Source: Mytilus trossulus (Eukaryota). Taken from it: a stretch of DNA of 64,000 nucleotides. The DNA lies in contig NC_086378.1 of assembly GCF_036588685.1 (NCBI RefSeq), positions 33,232,001 to 33,296,000 of the forward strand, written 5' to 3'. The notes beneath the pieces are model-generated. The model did not search any database and was not told the origin of the DNA. It saw only the letters and a list, made by a program, of their open reading frames with translations. Below, in pieces: positions 43,901 to 55,900 of the stretch (position 1 is its first letter; the number at the start of each line of letters is the position of its first letter). The position numbers and the translations under genes are program-made.

Positions 43901-46900
43901 ATGATGTGGATAATTATCGTGGTATTACTATTTTAAGTTGTTATGGTAAATTATGTACTTGCATTTTGAATAATAGGCTTCATACATATTTAGAAAATTC
44001 TGGTTTATTGTGTGAAGAACAAGCAGGGTTCAGAAAAGGTTATAGTACGACAGATCATATTTTTAATTTGAAATGCTTGATTGATTCATACTTACATAGA
44101 GGTAGGAAATTGTATTGTGTATTTGTTGACTATCGAAAAGCTTTTGACTCTGTCAGAAGAGTATATTTGTGGCAAAAACTGTTAAAATGTACCATTGATG
44201 GCAAAATGTTTAAGATTATCAACAATATGTATAACAATGCAAAGTCTTGTGTGAGACAAGGCAACTCTTGTTCAAACTTTTTTAAATCCAATGTTGGTGT
44301 ACGCCAAAAAGAAAATCTATCACCTGTATTATTTGCCATTTTCTTAAATGACTAGGTTGAATTTATGTCACATTCATATAATGGTTTAGTTGATATGAGT
44401 ATTGCAGCACGTCTTCTTGATACTGATGAAGTCGCTGTATATTTTCGTTTATATTTGTTATTGTATGCAGATGATACTGTAATTTTAGCCGAATCGGCAG
44501 CAGAGTTACAAGCCTCATTAAATGCCATGTATTTATATTGTCAAACTTGGAAAATGCAAGTTAACATATCTAATACAAAAGTTGTAATATTTTCAAGATC
44601 TAGACTTAACACAGATAATATGAACTTTAAATATAGTGGTGAAAGCCTCAATATTGTTACAAATTTTCAAAACATTGGTATTATATTTTCATGTAAGGGT
44701 AATTTTAATGACGCCAAAGCACATCTTGTACAGCAAGCAAGAAAAGCCATAATTATAGTCTTAAGAAAGGCTAGGAAGTTGAATTTACCAATTGATATGC
44801 AATTATAGCTATTTGATACAATGGTTGTACCTATTTTGTTATATGGTGCAGAAGTATGGGGTTTTGAAAATTGTAATATTATAGAAAACTTGCATATGCA
44901 ATTTTGTAAAATAATTTTGAAAGTTAAAAAAAGTACTGCTCATTGTATGATTTATGGAGAATTGGGTAGAATACCATTACATATTCTTATTAAAGCTGGA
45001 ATGGTTGGTTTCTGGCAACGTATCATGTGTGGTAAAAGAGAAAAAAAATCATATACACTGTATTCTTTATTGTATCAGCTTATTAAAAGGGGTATCTACC
45101 ACTCTAAATGGTTGTTAGAAATTAAAAATACTTTTTATGAATGTGGATTTAATTTGATGTGGGATGATCAAATAATTGCTAAATCTGATAATATTAGTAA
45201 GAATGTCAAGAAATGTTTAAGTGATAAATTTATGTTGAACTGGAGTAATAATGTTATGAATTCTGCAAAATGTCTTAACTACAGAATATACAAGTCTGAT
45301 TTTTGTTTTGAGAAATATTTATCGGTGTTACCATCTGATCTAAGAATGTATTTATGTAAATTCCGTTGCCTTAGCAATAAATTGCCCATTGAAACGGGCA
45401 GATTTTTTAATATTGACAGATCTGAAAGACAGTGTAATCTTTGTAATGCTAATGAACTTGGTGATGAGTTACTTATTCAAATGTACCTTTATCTGTATTA
45501 ATTATATACTATTATTGCACATTTGTTAACCATGTTGTTCTAATGTAAATATGTTCACACTTTTATTGTTTGTTAAAACAATGTTGTACTTGCATACCCC
45601 ATGTGCGGGCTTTAGTGAAATAAAATGTCTTATGTCTTACATTGTCTTATGTCTTATGGCATTAAAATTAAAATATCTTTTTTAACTCATCGGTGACCTA
45701 TATTTTTTATTGTTGTTTTCGAATAAGCTGTACAAAAACTAAATAATTGTAAAATTTAAGCGATTTCTGTAATTAAGTTCTTTTTATATTTCGATATTAC
45801 CGCTTTTTCTCCTATTATTTCAACAGAAAAAAAGGACATTAACAAAATTGTATGCTTCTTTCGACGCCAGATTGTGAGCGTAAATGAACGGTGACCCATT
45901 TTTTAATTTCATTTTTCTATTAAGTATAAGATAAAGTTCATTTATAGAAAGATATAGCGAAATCCTATATTAAATAAAAAAGTGATTTAGACCCGCTAGC
46001 CCCCTTAAACGTATAATCTGCAATTTAACTCATATAATAGAAAACTAGCCCGTGAATGATCTAAGTTAAAAGTGAATAATCAGCAATAACATTTATGCTG
46101 ATGGTGATGACTGATGACGTTTAATGTCCAGCGGCAAATGTATTGCATACACCTATATGATGTGTAGGCATATTTACATGATAGATAAGTTGACGTATAT
46201 TGAAAGTCTTATTAATTGACAAGAATGATAAAAATAAAGACATGAGGTATATTCCCCACGAGACAACTATTAAAATACGAACAGATGTAGATATAAACCA
46301 TTACAAGTCATAGTAGAACCTTAACAAAAACAAACAAAAACATACTATTTAGACATGTGTGATCTTGAAACTCAACAAAATGTAAAATAATTCAAAAGAA
46401 AAATAAAAGGGGCCAAAGAGCTTTAATCGTTCACCGGGATATATTTTGTAGATCTACCATACATAATGTTTTGCTGTTCAAAGTTTATTGTGTCTATTGT
46501 TGTTTTCGATAAAAGATAAAAGGTGTAGATCACGGGGCTTTTATCAAGCTATACTTGCTATAGGATGTGCAGAAATTTCAGACAGTACATACATTAAACA
46601 TGGGGAAAAAATATGTTGTTTGATAGTGAGAAAACTAAACGCAAGAATTTTAAGATAAAATATGAAAAAAATAGCTCTGTAAATAAGAAGAATAAATACA
46701 TACATGGGACTCGTTTTCTTACTGTAAATCAAAATAGGTAAATCTACAATAAATTCTGTTACAAAAGTTACAATATCTGAGTTATTTTTATCTTACATTA
46801 TTAATTAAAAGAAATTTCAATTGAAATTGAAACATTCTGTTTTTGTTGAAATAGTCCAAAATAATAAGATGACATATATTGTCGAGTTTACTGAGCGGGG

Positions 46901-49900
46901 ATACAAACTAGAATATAAAAAAATGCCAGATCATTTAATTAGATACCCAGATATATTGATGGTGTTCGTTCAATAAACAATCCAAACTTTGCTGATTGGG
47001 TTCCATCAATATACCCTCAACCACTAGAAATTAAAGGAACAACAGACACGGCTTCCTCCGCCTCAGTTTTATACTTATATCTCGAATTTTATATAACCGG
47101 TTATCTCTGTACCAGAATCTATGACAAACGAGACGACTTTAATTTTTAAATAATCAATTTCCCCCACCTAAGTAGCAATAAACCAACTTCACCTACATTT
47201 CGAATATACATTTCCCAACTCATTCGGTATTGAAGAGCTTGCTGCTGCAACTCAGTTTTTTGTAAAACATTACCAATGTCTAAGCAGAGAGTTGGTGAAC
47301 CAGTGTTATATCAAAGAACGTCTCGTCCTTATTCAAAAAAGTTCATCAAAAGATACAAATACCTTGTTGATAAATATTGTAGTGTTCTTTTATTTTTCTT
47401 TGTAAATTATTAACGTTTACTGTTTGGTACATTTTTGAAAATACCATTTAAGCATGGCTCGGTACTTGTATATCCCACCATTGCGTTGTTGTGCTCTAGT
47501 CGTTTTTTTGTACTCTTGTTTTCATTCTTGCGTATGTGCGTTGTCTATATGTCATTTTCTTTATCTTTGTTGACATATTTGTTTGATTTTGAGATTAGAA
47601 CACAATGTTGATTGCTGTACCCTTATTTTTGACATTTTCACCTATCATGTCTGTTTGTTTTGTTCACATATTGTTATCAATATAATGGAATTATTAGCGA
47701 CTGTCATACAAGTGAGAGGTTAAACTAGCTTTAAAACCAGGTTTAATTCACCATTTTGCACATGAGGAAATGCCTGTACCAAGTCAGGAATATGACAGCT
47801 GTTTTTTATTCTTTTGATGTGTTTGAGCTTTGACTTTGTAAATTGTTAAGGGATATTCCGTTTTGAATTGTCCTTGGAGTTTGGAATGTTTGTTGTTTTA
47901 CTTTTTTCAATAAGGGTTGGTTGGCAGTATCGTTCATGTCGATGTATTTGCCAATCTTACTTTGCTGAAGATGTTTTTTATTTGGTGATTCTCTCTTAGT
48001 ATATATATTAACGTTCCTCTAAAAAATGAAACAAATGGGTTTGTTTTAAGTTTATAAAGTGTCAGTTAACGATGTTGGTCATTTGACATATTTGTACATC
48101 TTACTTTGATTAAGTGTTTTGCTGTTTACGGTTAATGTCTACAATTTACATTTAAAAAGGTACAACATGATCATTTCAAGGGTAACAAATCTGATATAGG
48201 TCATGCCATTCGTCTGAAAATTACATGGCAGTTACATGTATATCTTACTTGCAACTCAATTTTTATTTTTCTAGAACTGCATTTTTAAAGAGAAATCAAA
48301 AGGGGCATTTTAACCCGATGGTCTATTTTGTTAACAGCAGTCATATTTAGCGATGGCTCAAATAAACGGATACAATCTTAAACTATATAATATGAGAAAT
48401 GTTCAGATAAAGTTTGAAAGTATTTGGATTAGTAGAGTCAGGGGTGGTAAAAGTATTTTATGAAGAAAGACGACGGATATAAGGGATGGTAAATTCACAT
48501 GACCCTTTGAGCTCAAAAACAAATGCCAGGTTTATACTACAACAATCAAGAAAAAACATATATGGCAAAGAAAAATCAACGACAATCTCAGATTGCAGAT
48601 AACAGACCTGAGACAGGCATATGGCGTGGTTTTGCAGAACATGATTGTTAGCCTACAAGACTTTTCTTAGCCTGGGACAGAAGCGAAACACGCAACACAC
48701 GTACTCCGTGTCAAGGACATCATAATTGTTGTGGAGACAAGGAATATCGTATCGACTGTGTATGAAAATGCACAGAGAGGAAATACATTTTGTATCAGGA
48801 GTTAATATGTATAGTGTTTTATCCTAAGACCTCAGTATAAAGGATATATATACTTATCTTACCTCCTATACATTTCTAGGAATATGCTTTGTAAAAAGCA
48901 TCCGCGTGGAGACCGTGTATATTCCATATTAGACTAGTATGGAGGCGTGGATTATTTAAATACACGGTTAGTAGTGGAGTTACGACTTTGGCATTATTTG
49001 ATTATTTAAATGTATTGAAAGTTCTGTATAATATTGTTATATCAAGGTTGTTGATATTAAATTGTCATTATTGACATAAGTTTTTTTTGTGTGCAGATAA
49101 ATGGAAGTAGGTTCTTAAAATTGAACACTTGAACACTTTAGTATACAGCAGTCAGGGGCGTTACTTAAACAAGTTATTTTTTTTTAATTATTTATATAAG
49201 TAATTTTTGTTTTTAAAAATAATAAAATTACTTAGTTATTTTAATTTTCAATAGAAACATAGTTAAAATGTAGTTTTCATGATTTTAAACATCATTTTAT
49301 ATCATAGAATAACGGATTTATCAGATTTTAGAGGAGTATAGAGATGAAGGGTTACTTTAAAAATAATGACAAAAATATTACTTGAATAAGTTATTTTATA
49401 CATTTTTGAAAAAAATGGCAATTACACTTATCTAATGCACATATGGAATTGATTTGGGTTACAAATTATAAACAACTTCAGGTCTTAATTAATTCACAAG
49501 TATCTATCTATTTATATCAGTCTACCTTCAAGATTTTAGAGGAAAATGATAATTTGATAGTCCCAAGAGACCAATCTTTGACCCAGAAGCGTCGGTATGA
49601 AAGATAAGTGCGTCAGAAAATTAATTAGTGTTTCGAAAGAATTAGTTTTTATATATCAAGGGAAAAATAACCAGATGACTGTGAAAATTATTTAAAGCTA
49701 GTAAAATCTGTATTATTGGACACCTATAAAAATAATATTCAGAAAAATAACTTATATAAGTTATATTTAAATTAGCCTCGTTTTCAACAATACTTGTATA
49801 GGTAATTTTAATAGTTACCTGTTTAAGTAATGCCCCTGACTGTACAGAGAAGAATATGTGGTATAATTGCAAATGAGAGAACTTCTTACACTATGTAACT

Positions 49901-52900
49901 AATAATACTTAACGCTCTGTTGAATTCAGTCAGGACTTTTCATATTTCAAATGATTTAGAACTTTGAACTTTGAACATAGTATAGACAATTGTAGATGTC
50001 GAACTTTGTATGTTGTGAGGTAGTTTCCTCATTGCAGAACCCACCCAATATCTACATCTATCTATATATATATCTAAAGTTCTACCTCTAACAACTGGTG
50101 ATGCGTCTTTCTGCTGAGATACAAGGGTTGCTTCTTGTTCTTCTTTTGACATGAAAGTCTAAAACACAAAGGAAAAAAAAACTTGTTAGTACCTTTATAT
50201 TACATAAAATATTGATGAAATTGTAATTTGATATACAGATTTGCAAAATGAGAGGCTCCAAAGCATGTAATCAATATATAATGAAGTATCATAACAGACG
50301 ATTCTGGTGAGTAGGGTCAAGTAAATTTAACTAATAGCATTGCCATCTGTTATTCAAACTAGATTGGTGATATAGAATTCCAAGATATATTAATCCGCAG
50401 CAACTGCGAGACAATGCATTTGTTTCAAACAAGCAAAACAAACTGCAAGTATTTATATCTTCCTTGAGCGATATTGAAAATTAAATTATTTTTGATTAAG
50501 GCGTGTAACTGTGGTAATTTTTAAACAGTTTAATTCGAAACCTGCTTCTGTCCCAAACTTTCTATTAACCTCAAACAATTTAAAAACAAATGAATTTTGG
50601 CAACAATCAAGTACCATCATTCTAGAACGAAAAAAATCAGAAAGACAAAAATCGTATTTCGGTTGAGTTTTGTGATCAAACACATTTTTATTGAATGTCT
50701 TCTCTGGCAACAAAAAAAAATATAATTGTTCCAACCATTAGTACCATAGTAATAAGTAATTTGTGAAAAATTGCCGTACATTGACCTATAATGGTTTACT
50801 TTTATAAATTGTTATTTGGATGGAGAGTTGTGTCATTGGCACTCATACCACATCTTCCTATACCTATTAAACTCTACTATATAGTCAATGTAGGCCATGC
50901 GTGGGTTAAGTGTACATACAACTTATTATTCAAAACTTAACTTTCATTAAGAGTATTAAAGGGGAAAACACATGTTGAATGAAAAAAAAAGACAATAATA
51001 TAATAAATCAATGTATTTTCTAATTGTTTGGTTTAACATTCAAAATATAGCTCATTTATAAAATAAAACCTGTGTTCAGACTTCCCTTCCCAAAAATGTC
51101 TCCCGAATTGATAGTAATAACCAAGAAACATGCATGACAGCAGGATAATGTGCAGAAGAAAAAAAAACAATACGGGAGGACATTTAAATTAAAAGTGCAG
51201 TAATCCTGATTGCTGAAATTATCTTAAAATGTACTTCTTTTTTTAGCTTATAGTTACGCTGCCATAGCATAAGGCACCGACTGTTCTTCATTATGGGAGG
51301 AGGGTAAGATCATGTTTATTTTCTTGGGATCAATTAAAATTCTGTTTTCAATGATATGCGGCGGAATAAGATTTTAGTTTTCGGACGACGATGATGAATT
51401 TATTCCTCCTTATTTCAAATGGTAACAAACAAGGTATCACCTCACTTCTGAAAAAATCCTTTTTCCAAGAAATTTGGAATAAAGAAACTTATGTGATTCC
51501 CTCCTACACACACACACACACACAAGAAAAAATGGTCTGTACTTCACTGGTACCGTAGTTTATAGACAATTATTCGATTAAATTATATTGATAAGAGCAG
51601 TTCCAAGTAAGATCAATAAATAAAAATATAAACCGACCGGACTCGTGGCTTATTTTGGTTCAATTTTAAAGAATTTTAAACATAATTCCCTTCTAATAAA
51701 CGATGTCGTTAAGTACCAAAGTTGTAATAAGGTTCAAATACTAGAAGGAAGTACCCTTTAATTTTGAAAGCCTTCATAACAAATAAACAATTCATTCAAA
51801 TCACTCACTGCAAATGCTGTTGAAATTAAGTTCGTTGAAACATGAACGACTAATGAACAGTCAAACTGTTTTTGTATAGCTTATGAACGTATAATTTGTG
51901 TGTTCTGTCAAACTTGTGTATACTAGAATAAAACTTTTACAGCATTGATTTTTCCGCCTTTGTTGTAAGAATTTATCCAGTAGCAATATGTAAGAAATTC
52001 ATTTTTACTCAAACAGACATTTAGAGTGAAAAAGGTGCCACATGCATTCAAAATAGTTAAATTCATTGAACAAAATGTACATTTCTATAATTTATATTCA
52101 ATGTGGTATAAATGCTGATAGATTGTGGTTTGATTCTAATTTATAGCAAAATGTTTCTAATTTTTTTATCGTAAATTAAAATTATTATAATTAATCCCTC
52201 TTCAAATAGATAATGAAATAAAAACAACAATCGGAAAGTCACACTTTATCGCAGTTTTACAAAAAACCACACCATGGGATAACTCTACGACAGAGCTAAC
52301 GTTATTAGTCCGGCGGCTACAAGCATATTTCAGACGAATTGTGCACATCCTGTTACAAGCATGAAATTTGGCATGGACCTTCCTCAACTATTACTCTTTT
52401 ATTTCAGATAGGGAGGCATTTGAAAAAAATGTCTCATTTCCGGTAAAATCCAAAATGGCGGACGTCATACTTAAATCAGTCCAACATCGAAGGCTAGCGT
52501 GTAAAAATGTGTTATTATCATGTTCCTATCATAATATTTGGTACTGCCCTTTGTTTTTACTACTTTTGGATAAATTAAATAGATAAGGTGTCTTCAGAAA
52601 CCCCACTTCCGGTTTAAATCCAACGTGGCGGACATTGTACTAAAATAAGCCTAATTTTTAGGGAGGGTAACTGAAATGTGTTTTAACGTATTGCTACTAT
52701 CATTACATTGTGTAGGAACCTTTCTTTGGTGCTTCTGATGGATACAATGTATAAGACATATGTCTTAAAAAAAAACTTACTTCCGGTAACACCAAAATGG
52801 CGGACATAGAAATATTATTTTTTTATTCAAATTTTCAACTTTTTTCAAAATGTAAAGAAAATGATTTTATTTTGTGCTGGTCCTTAAACTTTTGGCTTTA

Positions 52901-55900
52901 AGTTATCCTCAAAACCACTTATTCTAGCATGTTGTAAATATTTAGATATAAAAGTTGACACTTCCGGTAAAAATATGACGTAAATTTCAAAGATGAGTCC
53001 TCAATTTATGTTTTCTTCGATGAAGAGTTTTGGATAGATTGATTAAAACAAAATAAAATCACTATAGTACTAAAAAATATTTAAACTTACCACAATTTGG
53101 CCAAGAATACATGTTTATTCACAATCACCATGACATGCACACATTGCAGTGCACGGGATACCCGATTTTCCATATCAAAAATGACCGCGATATCCTTTCT
53201 TACATCCACAATGTACAAGCTTTTGACAAAATGATGAGGCCTCAAAAAGAGTTTTAAAAAGATATCCTCTTTGTCCCCGCCTGGAGTGGGTAGCATAAGA
53301 GCCAATCCCAAGCTCGTCTCCCTAAACACCTATCGAAGTATATTGCATGATTTACATGCTGGAAAAGACTAGACCAAGTTGAGGGAATAGCCTCTAAAAG
53401 CCTTCCCTTTTGCGCAAATAGTTATTTTCTTGCTTCGTTAACCATGTTATACCCATCTGTTAACTTTGTGCGAACTTACAGTAAAATCCCGGTGATTTAG
53501 TCTGATTAATCATCATTCTTTTTGTTAAAGTCACATCTTCAAATGCAATCAATGTCTCCCACAATTTCCTTTTCCCCTTTCAAGCAAAGAGAGAACCATA
53601 TCACAACAGGTAAAGGCATGGATAACAATAAGTGTGTCAGATCACTCAGATCACTCATTGCCTAGTGCATTTGAAAGGCCATTACTAGATATTAATCCAA
53701 AGTCTTTTGCTCTCCCAAACACAATCCATAGTTCGTCTACCCCTATGTCACGGAAAAGCGAAACAGTAGTGATAGCATCATCATTAACGACTGCTCGAAT
53801 CATGACTCGTTTAAGTTCGTGTTTCACTGCATCAGACACATGTACCATGATTTTAGTGTCTGCCTCTAAATGTGAACTTGGTGCTGAACTTGAAATACAT
53901 CACGTGGTGGATAAGATAGAATATGTGTTGTTATAACTACCATACGCATCCAAGACTTCATCCACTCGTATTTTAGTTTCAAGGTATTTTATTAAGGTAA
54001 GGACATAATACCCCATCAGCATACTCGTTAGGCCGCAATTCACAATCGGAGAGCTGATTTCCAACATTTACAAAGAGAGTGGTATTTTTTCTCACATCCA
54101 TAAATTCTGCAAAAACACATATTTTCTTGCCTTGTTAACCCAATCTGTTTCTTTTTTTTCTATCTTACAACAAAACCACGTATCGTTTTTAATGACATTA
54201 AACTTATCAAATCCATATGGTGATGTTGGCTGGTCAATCATCATTCTAAATGCTATAGTCACATCTTCAAACTCCATTTATGTCACCAACGCATTTCCTT
54301 TCCCAGCAAACGTGTTATCTTTTAATGCCTAGTGCATTTGAAAGGTCATTGATAGATATATATCTTATACTTTTCCCCCTTCCAAATGCAAACTAAAGTT
54401 TGTCTGTCCCTATGTCACGGAATAGCGAAACAGCAATGACATCATTATCGACTGTATGAGTCATGACTCAGTTAAGTCTGTGCTTCAACTACCTTGTACT
54501 CAAAATTGTATTGAGCAAGCTCCTGTGAATGAAAACTTAAAAGTTCTTTCTTACTGTCGTTATCTCTTTGAAAACTTTGCCAATTTTGAGGATGGTTTTA
54601 ATCCTGGATTCGTCTGTGTATTCCCTTTCCCCTTAATGTTGCTCTTGCTTCTTTTAGCAACTTTCAAACTACCAGTATTGTCTATGTTCACACCAAACAC
54701 TACATCCACTGTTGTTACAGTTTCAAGGTGTTTCATAACGAGTATGATGATTGGGTATTATGTCCTTACCTTAAAAAAATACCTTGAAACTGTAACAAGA
54801 GTGGATGAAGTCTTTGATGGGTATGGTAGTTGTAGCAACAAATGCTCAGGATATTCTATCTTATCCACCACGTGATGTATTTTAAGTGTAGCACCATGTT
54901 CACATAAAGAGACTGACCCTTAAATCATAGTGCATGTGTCTGATGCAGTGAAACACGAACTAAAACGAGTCATGATTAACAGTCACTGATGATGCTGTCA
55001 ACACTTTTTCGCTATTCCGTGACATAGGGGCAGACGAACTATTGATTGTGTTTGGGGAGGCAAAAATCTTTGGATTAATATCTATCAATGGCCTTTCACA
55101 TGCACTAGGCAATGAGTGAACAAACACTTTTAAGTCTGACCCATACCTTATTACCGGTTGTGATACTGTTCTCTCTTTGCTTGAAAATGAAAAAAAAAGA
55201 CTGCGTGGGAGGCATTGATGGTATTTGAAGATGTAACTTTACATTAAGAATGACGATTGATCAGCCTAAATCACCGGGGTTTTACTGTAAAATCGCACAA
55301 ACTTATCAGATCTAATATGATTAACGAAGCAAGAAAGTCAATTTTTGCACAAAAGGGAAAGCGTATTTCAAGTGCGGCTATTCCCACGACTTGTTCTAGT
55401 TTTTTCAAGCATGTAAAACGTGCAATATACTAATGCAGGATTTTAGTGAGACGAGCTTGGGGGGATTGACTCTTATTCTACCTAGTCTTGTCACTAATCG
55501 ATAGCGAAGGGACAAAGAGGGTCGTTTTTAAAAAAAAATCTTTCTGAGACCTCATCATTTTTTCAGAAGCTTGTACATTATGAATGTAAGAAAGGATGCC
55601 GCGGTTATTTTTAATGTGTAAAATCGGGTCTCCCGTGCACTGCTTTGTATGCATGTGATGGTGACTGTGAATAAACATGTATTCTTGGCCAAATAGTAGT
55701 AATTTTAAATATCTTTTAGTACTATAGTGGTTTTATTTTGTTTAAATCAATGTATCCAAAACTCTACATCGAAGAAATAGATTGAGGACTCATCTTTGAA
55801 ATTTACGTCATATTTTTACCGGAAGTGTCAACTTTATATCTTAACATTTACAACATGCTAGAATAAGTGGTTTTGGAGATAACTTAAAGCCAAAAGTTTA

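Larger units (their letters stand above)
41595..45657 (+). mobile_element. 5'-truncated, decayed non-LTR retrotransposon (APE-RT LINE; RTE-X or CR1/L2 group, clade not resolved)
   Basis: ORF1 C-terminus, APE motifs (SLNVCG, CFTES, SGGIAV, DFNA, SDIH), RT motifs (YRGIT, EEQAGFR, DYRKAFDSV, GVRQ..LSP.LF, YADD), C-terminal LPIETGR..C..C. AATAAA followed by a (TGTCTTA)n tail. No obvious TSD. Confidence 0.95.
41381..46004. mobile_element. TTAA-flanked non-autonomous DNA element (Kolobok-like GG termini), split by the LINE
   Basis: ttaa|ggaggctcacgggtataa ... tttagacccgctagccccc|ttaa. About 560 bp once the LINE is removed. Confidence 0.72.

Noticed and set aside
53634-54875. Plus-strand ORFs of 100 and 139 aa
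   Set aside because: Mostly antisense shadows or chimeric frames of decayed transposase fragments.
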